Origin: the human T2T-CHM13v2.0 reference genome, Homo sapiens
Reading direction: 5' to 3' (one strand)
Assembly: GCF_009914755.1 (NCBI RefSeq)
Contig: NC_060935.1
DNA: 64,000 nt
The notes beneath the pieces were generated by a model that had not been told where the DNA came from, made no database searches, and saw only the letters and a program-made list of their open reading frames with translations. The position numbers and the translations under genes were made by a program. Positions 53,208-64,000 of this stretch are shown piece after piece; position 1 is the stretch's first letter, and each line of letters begins with the position of its first letter.

Positions 53208-56200
53208 TAAAAATCAACTCAAATATCCATTTGTTTAAAAGACTATTTAAATATTTTTGGTACATAGCATATACTTGCTTGATATTTGGCTAAAGGGATG
53301 TCCACATGAAATCGAGGCTGACGATTATCTTGAGAAGAGCCACTCTTTAAAAGCAATTAAATAGAAAAATGGAAGATAATCATGTGATGCTAGTCAAGCC
53401 CTCTTCCCTTCCTAGATGGCTGCACTGGGTAGACAGAGATTCTTGGTATGTTAGGGCAGTAAATGTGTTCAAGGAGGAAAATAGGTACTAGCCTGTCAGT
53501 CTAGTAGAGGAGATGGCTGAAAGAGATAATACATCTCAGTTCATGGGTCTGCCTTAAATAAGAACTCTGGAGCTATCCCTGTGTCCCAAGGAATTAATCT
53601 CTCTATTTCAGTATGTGTGTTCTGATCAACTCATTGTAGCTATTATTCATCTCCAGCTATCAATTGGATCACTTGAGGTCATCTCTGTATCTGGAATGGT
53701 AAGTCTGGGTAGGCAAAGTGCCTTTAAGTGAATTCTACACTCAGATATGGGTAAAATGATCTAAAGATTCCTAAGTCAGTTTGAAAATAGAGGTTGGGAT
53801 GGAGGGATTTCTGACTCCTTGTAGGATCTGGGGCTCCCTGATGCCAGAAGTATCTCTCTGGTTTTGTGAATTCTGGCTTCTAAAGAGATAGCATCTAAGT
53901 TCCCACTGCAACCTAGCTTCTCCCTTTATCTTAGGTGTCATACAAGAAGGGTCTTGGCGGTGGTCTGACCTGCCGTGGACTGTCCATCTGCCCGGACTAC
54001 AGCGAGGTAAATAGGCTGCCATCTTTCCCTACATGGCCCTCTCCCAAACTTTTCACAGGGTACACAGCCTTGCCCGTGTCCAGGGGCCTCTGAAATACTG
54101 TATTTTCCCAAAATCTATACTCTCCTGATTTCAAACATTTGTCAGAGGTAGCATACGAGAAAAAACAAACAAAAAACTTTGAAGTCAACCTTCCTGCATC
54201 ATGGTCTATACACTCACCAACCGATTTAATTTACCTTAGGTAAGTGACTCAACTCCTGTGATGCTCAATTTCTTTTGAAATAAGGATATTACTATTCTGA
54301 GTTCACAGGACTTTTCTAAAGAGTAATTCTACTTAAGCACATAACCCACTGAGCTCATGCCTAGCACAGTGTTACTGCTCAACAACACTTTTTTTTGTTG
54401 TTCTGTATAAATGACAATGGAGAATAGTCTCCTAAGTAGATTGGGTGGTCTTCATGAAATCATTATACTCATCTGTGTTTATTGGTGGAGCAAACAAATG
54501 AAAAGCAAGCCCTTGGAAACCTTGGGGGAAACTGTCGATAACAACATTTATCTAAATCCTTAGGAAATACACGTAAGAAAAATAAAAAGAAAGATATATT
54601 TACACAAATGTTTCTCCTATTGATGAGGAGCTTTATAAACGAGGATACCATAGCTTATTTGTATTTGAATATACTGAAAACATAGAACCATGTGAAATAC
54701 CCTTCAAGGACTGTATGAGGAAATGAATAAGTGCATTTTTGTTATTTAATGAACTAAGGTCCTATTGAGCAGCAAGGGTAATTTACCAAACAGAGCTAGT
54801 GAATATAGTTTAAAATTCTATTTGGAAGTGTTGCTTGGCACACAGAGGCTCTCAATAAAGGCTCTGCCTAATGATGAATGAGTGTCGTTCCCTAGCTCTC
54901 TTTAAGACATGTCAGATTGTCTGGTCACAGATCAGCAGAGAAAGTGATTTGATCTAACTAACTAATCATCAAAATCTACCTAAAATATGTTTCCAGATTT
55001 TTATTTTGGAAGATGCAACTTTAGTCACTGCAACAGTTTGATACGCTGTAATTAAAATCCTGCTCTCCTTCTTCCCAATGTTGTTCTCGGTGCAGGGTAC
55101 TAAGTAGTATATAACTCTACCATGACTATAGAGTGGGGCAGGGAAGAGCTGAACCATTCGTATTTTCCTTAGGCTAGAAAGAGGATGAAAGTCTGTGGTG
55201 ATCACTCTACACAACTTGTTAAAAACAGTCACAGACAAACAGAATAGCTCAGATGAGAACAAAGGCTGGATGCCTGTAGCTATACTAAAAAAGCAGCTGC
55301 TTAAGGAAAGACAACCCTATATAAGGGTTGCTGCTGACCTAAAAGATACTTTTGTGCATGTTAGAAAAAGGCATCATTTACTGAGGCACACTTTAAGAAT
55401 TTATACTCTTTTTTTTTTTTTTCATTTTTTCAACAGTTCTGTTCAGGAAAATTTTTCAGTGTCCAGTAAGCAGCACACTGACTGTGATTTGAGTATATAT
55501 ACCCAAAATTTAGCCTTCCCATACATACCCTGGATACCATAAGGTCACACATGCCATTAGTACAGAACATGTTCCATGTCCTTCCATTCATCACTCAGGT
55601 GAAGTGACTGACAGATTCAGAATTCGATGAGGGAGAAGAGTCAGGCCTGAGACCAGTGCGAAGGTAAGAGAAAGCCACCTCAGGGTACATCTGAAGCACA
55701 GCTGAGACAAGCGCGGCTGAACATGAATGGCTACAAGCTAAGCTTATGCAGGGATTCTCCCACTGCTCCACAACTTGGCCTGGAAGCTCAGAAACTCCAT
55801 GTCTAAGATATGAATGGCATACCCCTTAGGTGTGCCTTATTTTTATGGCATACAATTTGAATACCCAGGCGCTACAAAAGTGTGTGTGAGAAAGCACAAG
55901 ACATTTGCTCACTTACCTCTGATGTCCCACAGTTTGTGACTATGCCCAGAAACCACCAACTAGCATGGTTCAAGAAAGAAAAAAGGTAATCCAAGATTGT
56001 CCAATAGATGCAAAGTATGCGTTTGAGAAATACATCATCCATTATATAGGGCCATTTTTTTCTTCTGAAACTTTTAAAATTTCCATTTCTATACACTTTC
56101 TATAACTTGGCAAATTATTTTGTCACATACAATGTTGGAACCACACAAAGATTTAGAGATAATGAATTTTTAGTTACTTCATTTAATAGGCGAGCATGAT

Positions 56201-59200
56201 ATTCAGTATGGTTTTCAGTATGAGTCTTTATAGTCATTAAAATTATTTATTAATTTCATGCATGAGTTAAATAAGTATTTTGTTTTTTGCTATTCATGCC
56301 TTTGGTCTTCCTTTTCCACTTTATCTTTTATACTGCTATTGCTATGGTCATTCTAAACTGGAAATAGCAGAAGTAGGATCATGCAAATTGCTTGCCTGGA
56401 ATATTAGTATGTTTCTGCTCTATATGTATTGATTTATCCATTCTTTCAAAATATATACAAGATTCTGGTTACACATTAATGAAGAAGATATGCATGGTCT
56501 CAGATCTCCAGGTATATCTGGTGAGACCTGTACTTTGGCAAAAGAGCAAGATACTATAAAAATTAATACAATTTTAAATTTCATTAGTGATAAGAAAAGT
56601 AGGGGCTTCTAAAGTTGATTGTGCAAGAGACAGAGGGGTTCACTAAAGAGACAGTCATTTAGGTGAGAAGGATGGGCCAACTGCAAAGGTGACAATACCA
56701 ATGCATTCATGAGCTATGGATTCCAACTTCATATTAATTCTCATGCTTGCAATCTGATCCCCTTGTACCTTGTCAGATTCTTCTCCATCTTTTCTCCTTC
56801 TTGCTCCACAAAATGTTTATGCACGCCTACTTAAAATCTTTTTTTGTTTTCTCTTTCTGGCAATATAATTTGGCCTCTAAGATCCAGTTCAAAAAAATTC
56901 CTTCTGCTCTGACAAACCTTTAGTCAGAACGCAATATAGTTTATCGAGTGGTCACACATACTTTGCACAGATTTATCATCGGACACTTTGCAAATGTATT
57001 TGCACTTGTTTTTATCATTAGTCTGTGAACTCGACAAGAATATTAACTATGTTTTATTCATTTTTGCATTCTCTTAGATGATATTTAATATACATTTGTC
57101 GAAATGAACCAATGAATTACTGAGTTACATTCCCCAAGTCATATGGTAACAAATGAGCTGATGACAGAGTCAGTACTACGTCCCAAAACTCCAAATTCCA
57201 AACCCAGACCCACTTGGCATTCTACACATAACAAACTTGGGTTTGACTTTACAACACTGCGTGGTATCAAAAAGACAAAGTCAATGTACAGTGAGTTTGA
57301 AGAGGGAGATAATATTGGTTCTGTCCATGAAAATTCTAGGAAAATGTATTTGGAAAATAACATTCAATTTAGAGCACTACCAAACTGCATAAACATGAGG
57401 ACACAGAAAAGAAAAACAGAATGAAGGTGTTAAGTAAATGAACAAGTTGGCTTATCAAGGAATCACAGAAATTCACACCTGAATTTGCTACTTGACATGA
57501 AGGAAAGGAACAGGGTAGCATATAAACAAGAGAATAAAATACTGGATGTTTTATCAATGGATAAAATAAATTATTAAGCCAAGGTTAATAACAATTAATT
57601 ATCATTGTAATAAATAAGTATATACAATAGGCATAGTTCTCAAAGCATTTTTATATTCACTATCCCATAACTGCATAGTAACATAAGATTAACTTGTGTT
57701 ATCATCTTCATTTAACAGGTTGGGAAAAAGGCTCTGATTCACTAATATGCAGCTAGAGCTAGAGTTAGTACAAATCGTTACGTTCTAGAAGAGTGTGCTC
57801 ACTACTATAACGCTATGGAATCAACTATCTCAGTGGCAGCTTGAGTAGACTAAACATGAGAAAAAAGTCCAGGAGTAAGAGGCCCTGTCCTTGGAATGGG
57901 GTGTGACAGGTCCACTCCATGTCCTGGTGCAAAACATCGGCACATCTTACTTTAGACAAGGATATGTCCTTCAAGAGTTCTGAAGAAATCATATATTTAA
58001 AAAATTATATTATAAATTCTTTGAGATATCTTATTATAAAGAGAAAACCTAAAATATAACCTTCTGCAATATAATTTTTGAAAACCTCTTTATTCATTTT
58101 TATAATCCAACCTCTTTGTCACTTGTACAGTCTACAAAGCAGGTGCACCTTTGATTCACGTAATTTCCTTACGTTTTCTTTGTATAGCACCATTCTGGAG
58201 AAGGTTATTTTATCTCCCTCCTGTGCCCTCTGCCTTGTACCTTCAAGCTCTCTTCCTTTTTGTCTGTTTCTAAATTTTCCCAACTAAGAAACCACACGAT
58301 TCTTATTCTGTCATTAACATACTTTTGAATTCTACTTCTTTTTGAGAAAAACTTTGATAATTTAAAAAACAGATAGGATATCATGGTATCCTCTCTGATT
58401 CTTGATCTTTTGCTCCAAAACAAGACGATAGAGAATGCAGTCCTGATTATTGCAGGGAGGTAGGAAGTGGAATTGTCATGGCTAGTGCTCATGTTGACTA
58501 GTGGCATGACCTTGAGCAAATTCAGTCATGTTTTGTGCCTCTTTAAAGGTGGTTTTCTTAACCTTCCTGTGCTGAAGAAGGTTGAGGTGTTGACATAAAT
58601 AACCTTGAATTAGGTGGCATTTTTCTGATTGATGTTCCCCCACCAAATCCTCCCTCCAGGACAGGACCAGTTCTTTTGGCACTCAGCTGAAGTGATGAAC
58701 AGGAGGTAACAAAGTTGTCATTATTTTGAATTTCTATTACCAGACATAATCTTTTCTGAACCATGCAGCACTGCTGAAATCAAGAGGGTTCTGCTTATCA
58801 GAGCCTTTGATTTGCAGTGACAGCTGTCAAAGCGCTCTGTTCGCGACTGGATTTTACACTACAGGATTGATGAACAGTCTCCCCATTCCTTGTTTGCTTC
58901 TAGTTTTATTTTATTTATTTATTTTCTGATTTTAATTTGAAAATTCTAAATTGCATTTCATGGTTCAGAGAAGATGGAAACAGAGCTCAATTATTCTATG
59001 TTTATTTATCATTTGTACCAATTGGATAAACTGGCATATTCTATACTACTAAACTCACACAGAGATTTTAGGATATTTTGCAATATTTAGTAGACTACAA
59101 CCAAACAAGTTAACTTCAGGTCAGAGGACTCTGTCGCTTTATGGGTAGCTTGGATTCTTTAAATTCCTTATCACCTGACAAAGCTCAAGGGCAGTTTATG

Positions 59201-59659
59201 TATCTTTCTCACTGGAGCCTTGAGATCTGTTATTAGACTTAGAGATTGACATAGTCGGAAGAAAATTCACAGAAATGCAATAGTGAGCAATTAGAAATAC
59301 AGTACTCACCATCATAATCCAGAAAAGGAGCCAAATATAAACTTACTCAAGTGTATGTACAATTATACACTAAATTAATTGATCTAAAGAAAAATATCAG
59401 GTTCTAAGTGAGAGTCTAATATGGAAATCTAATATAGATTGGAAATGTAAAGACTTTTCTCATTGAACAGTCATTTTATCTTAATAACAGTCCAATAGCT
59501 GAATATCATGGCCACATTTTAGGTAAGGAAAAATGGCTTAGAAAAGTTAGGGAAAGTATAATTAGCAAATAAATGTAAGAACTCTTAATCAATCTAAGAT
59601 CTCCCCTCAACTCCCAAATCCAGTGTTGCTTCTAAAATCTGTGCAGATTACAGGTCAAC

Positions 59660-60041
59660 ATGGTAAAGATCTCTTTGGTGTGCCAATCTGACTAAAGTTC
59701 CCAGACATTCAATCAAACACAAGGTGAGGTGCTACTGTGAAGACATTTGATTAAGGTCCATAATCAGTTGGATTTACGTAACACAGATTATCCTAGGTAA
59801 TATAAGTGGGCCCAATTCGATTAAAAAGCCTTAAAAGCAGAGCAGGCCTTGAAGGAAAGGATTCTACCTGTGGACACCAGCTTCAGCTCATGCCCCAGAA
59901 TTCCAACTCAGCCTTCCTGATAATCCATTTTGTGGATTTGGGGTTTGCCTAGCAAGCCTCTTAAATCATATAGCCAGTTCCATGCAGTGCACCTTTAGTA
60001 TCCCCTTACTGATTATTCTCTTGTAGAACTCTAACTGATAT
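59660..60041 (+). mobile_element. MLT2-family (ERVL) solo LTR
   Basis: CCCAGACATTCAATCAAACAC...GCTACTGTGAAG...CATAATCAGTTG...GATTATCCTAGGTAAT...GTAGAACTCTAACTGATATA; approximate. Confidence 0.7.
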
Positions 60042-60424
60042 AAATATTCAAATTTGTACCTGAATCAAGGGCTATGTAGAAAGTTCATCAGGTGTCAGTG
60101 AGTTACATTTGGATAAAATGAGTTTAAATAAATATTTAAACCTTTTTTCCTAAGGAATTTAAAAAATATGTCTATTTTAAGTGTTATTATTTATTTCTTT
60201 TTCAAAGACAATTTTTCCAAGCTTCCAAGGAGCCAAGCTGAAGAAAGAGTGAAACAATGGAGGCGCCTTTCTTTCTTGATCTTGGGAGAAGGTATTAAAC
60301 TAGAACTCAGAAGATCTGGGCTGCTACTTTCTAGTTCGTCACCTCATGCAGGATATGTAGCTTTTGCAAATCTTGACTTTCCAAATTTCAAATGAAGCTC
60401 GTGATTTGTGTCTTGAGTACATAG

Positions 60425-60761
<337 letters not shown>

Positions 60762-62099
60762 TGCTTAGCATTAATGTTTTTAACAAAATAATGAGTAGAG
60801 CTACATGGCAGATTCAATTCTGATTCTGTGTTATATGCTTGATCTGTAGCTATGCCTCAGCAGCTTTGCACAGCATAGGGGCACAGATGCTTTCTTCTTA
60901 TTGTGACTTACATGGATTCAAATTGTAGGTGACAGAAAAATGTTGGTATTACATGTCAAACACAAAGGCAAATAGAATAAAAAGGTTATAATCAAGCTGT
61001 AAGCTGCACGCTCTATTCAGTCTTCTTTCTCTCTGAAATATGTCAACTACTATTTCCTGAGATATGAGGCACTTGATGATTGAGATGATTAAAAAATACA
61101 TCCACCCGAAGTAAGCATCAATTACACAAATTTACTAATAAGAAACAATCAAATATGCCTCCACATGAATGCACACAACACACACACACATAAACAGATT
61201 GTTATGAATTATTCTCCAGATTTCTACTTGTCACTATTTTATTAGGTATACAAAGAATATTTTATATATCACTTTGCTCTGGGATTGAGAAACTTTTGCT
61301 TTAAGGTTTTATTTTATTTTATGGTTAGAAAAGAAGGGTCATTGAACTATTATAAACCAGTGATGTTTCTAGAGTTTTCCTCCAATTTCATCAAAGAAGC
61401 AGAAACAGATATAGTGACCTAACACGTAGTTTTTAGAAACTGTTGTTACAGAGTTAAGAGCTGAAACTTTCACAAGTTTTTAAAACCAACAAACAAGCAC
61501 AAGAAAATATAATATTTTCTATACAAGGTATTCTGATGATATAATAGTTTTATATTCATTCATCTTAATAATCTAAGATGGAAGTAAACAAAAGAGGTCA
61601 TAGATGTTTTTGCTAATAAAAAAGAGAGGGAGTTCCTTACTTTCATTATTTAATGTTAATAATAATCATAATTGGAAAAAAAAAAACCCGTAGATTCGAA
61701 GTTAAGTGGCTTGCCCAAGGTCAGGTTTACCAAAATATCATCTATTCTATATTCAAAGGTCTTTCACTCAAAAGACTCATTACCTGAAGTATTTTAATGA
61801 AAATATTATAGAATTTAATATAAAAATAAACTATTAGAAGATGGAGAGACAAGGCTTCAGGAGTACTCTCAGTGACATACCGAGTAAAACTTTTCTTCTT
61901 TAGAGACAGCCTTGTAAAATGGCATTTTGTTTTACTTAAAATTTTAATCGTCTTTCCGTAAAGTAAACTGTTGAGGACAGATTATACCTATACTGAAGCT
62001 CTTAGTATAAAGTACTTATTTTTTCCTTACCATAGGTTTGTTAATTTTTTAAAACTTTTATGTTAACATTTGTTATTTCTGATCATAAATGTAATGCAA

Positions 62100-62640
62100 A
62101 AAACGTTCCTGAAAACTGAAGTATAAAGTATTTGTTCCCTTAAAGGTCAGGGACAAGATAAAAATATGTGCTATCATTGCAATTGTTCAAAGAGTCCTGG
62201 CTGATATAACCAGATAAGAAAAGAACGTTAATAATCTGAAGATACATGATTATCTACAATGGAACAATTATTAGAAATCATAGTTTCAGAAAGGTTGCCA
62301 GATATAAAGCTAATATTCAAAAAATAAATTACTGGTCCCTTTTCAAAGACAAGTCAAAAACTTAAGAGAAAATAAGATCATTTCCTTTAGCAACAAAACT
62401 GTAATGTGTCTGTAAATTAATCTATCAAGACCTTTATAGAGAAATTTATAAAACATGATGGACATAATAGAAAATATAAATATATGGAAAATTACACCAC
62501 AATCAACATTATGACTTAGTATTATAAAGGTTTCAAAACTATCCTAATTAGTCAATAATTTGAAAATGACTTCAACAAAATTAACAATATATTTATAATA
62601 TTAATAAGCTAACTTAAAATTTTATATAATAAATAATTGG
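62100..62640 (+). mobile_element. Old L1 ORF2 (RT region) remnant
   Basis: TTCCCTTAAAGGTCAGGGACAAGATAAAAATATGTGCTATCA...GTCCTGGCTGATATAACCAGATAAGAAAAGAA resembles DNA encoding GTRQGCPLS...VLARAIRQEKE; approximate. Confidence 0.6.
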
Positions 62641-62939
62641 AAATATTCACTTAAGTATATAACTTCAAAGCATGAGGTTCGATCAAAAGTGCAATCCTAA
62701 AGAATTTTTGAACCCTCTCAACCCTATGTTATAGGAATGCTCTCTGACATTGGGAACTTCAGCCTGTTCCAACCTGTTTGCCTCCCAGATGCACCTTCAA
62801 GACAAACTAATTATCTTGGGGAATTAGATAACAGCCTGATACTTTCATATTCCTGTTTCCAAATTTTGATCAATGTGCAAAATATATTTTTGCCACCACT
62901 TATATAAATCTTAATATTATGGCCTAATGCAGACATGAA

Positions 62940-63170
62940 AGTGTAATGGATTCCTGAATACGACTGCTTATATTCAATCCTCACCACCATTACTTAGTGC
63001 TTGTGCCTTGGACAAATTACCTAACCACACTAGAACTTGTTATTCTTAATTATACTATGAAATTAATGATAGTATCCTCATAAGGGTGGTGGTGAGGATT
63101 CAATAAGATGATTCATACAAATAATTTAGTAAAGGGTCAGGCAGATGGTAAACACTTAATACATGTTAGA
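62940..63170 (+). mobile_element. MIR
   Basis: TTCAATCCTCACCACCATTACTTAGTGCTTGTGCCTTGGACAAATTACCTAACC...GGGTGGTGGTGAGGATTCAATAAGATG. Confidence 0.75.
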
Positions 63171-63589
63171 AATGATGGCAAAGAGAAGGAGAGTGGTGAT
63201 GATGATGAAAGTGATCATAATATTTGACTACTGAGTTGAGCAAATTCTTAGTGTAGGGCTATGTACCTCTTACTAGAGGTATGATACTTTGCACAGCGTA
63301 AGTCTAACAACAAATATATAACATTCATGAACTCACATTTGAACAAGAGTTGGATGTGTTTATGGACTTTATAATTCTTTATATAATGAATAATGTATAG
63401 CAATTTTATATACTTTATATAGATACAGCAGTAGTTTGGGATTGGAACTGTTGCTGATATACTTACTGATTAACTTACTGCTGATTTGGGAATTTTAAGA
63501 CTTGAAGGACACCATCAATGGTTCTTATATACAGAAAGGCTGAAAAAATGTGAAATTACATTTAGTAAAGGAATAGGAAAGTGAGAAGT

Positions 63590-63800
63590 GTCATTTATTA
63601 AAATTCTACTATGTGCAAGGTACTGGACTTGGACAATCTCATGTTTCAAATCACCTAATCTTCACAGTCTACTATTGTCTGTGAGGCAAATATGTTTATT
63701 AACCTCACATGGATGAGAAAATTAGACTGCAGATAAAGGTTTCAAACCTTCTGTAATATCATGTATATATTAAGGATATGGAGAAAAGATTCAACATCAG
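63590..63800 (-). mobile_element. MIR
   Basis: CATTTATTAAAATTCTACTATGTGCAAGGTACTG...AATCTTCACAG...GGATGAGAAAATTAGAC. Confidence 0.65.
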
Positions 63801-64000
63801 ATATCCACTGCAAAGGCAGAACTGATCTCCTTCATTCCCCTACTTGAATTATTGCCTTCACCTAAAGAAGACAGAAACATGAAGAGTTAATAGCAGGTAG
63901 CTTCTCTTTAAGAAAGCTGCTTGTAAGTGACTTGATAATTTCCCAGTGAAAATGACATTTATCTTGGAAAAACGGGGTCCAAACCCAGTGACATTTTAAA

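Overview
AT-rich, CpG-poor primate (probably human) non-coding DNA, intergenic or deep intronic. It is largely made of interspersed repeats: Alu, L1, L2, MIR, MaLR/ERVL LTRs, and hAT and mariner MITEs. No host protein-coding exon can be supported, and nearly all tracked ORFs are spurious. The dominant feature is a ~5.1 kb HERV-H element (23209-28309, + strand) with decayed gag-pro-pol and no recognisable env. Its structure is not that of a normal provirus. It begins at the R region with no 5' U3, ends at the poly(A) site with no 3' U5, carries an A-tail, and is flanked by a ~12-bp target-site duplication at an L1-endonuclease-type site. It is therefore best read as an unspliced, full-length HERV-H RNA retroposed in trans by LINE-1. 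Smaller points of interest are a 191-bp tandem duplication (40007-40388), a probable unidentified retrocopy 3' end (~43409-43630), and a hairpin/TF-motif cluster (58769-58839). Repeat subfamily names come from recalled consensus sequences, and boundaries of old repeats are approximate.
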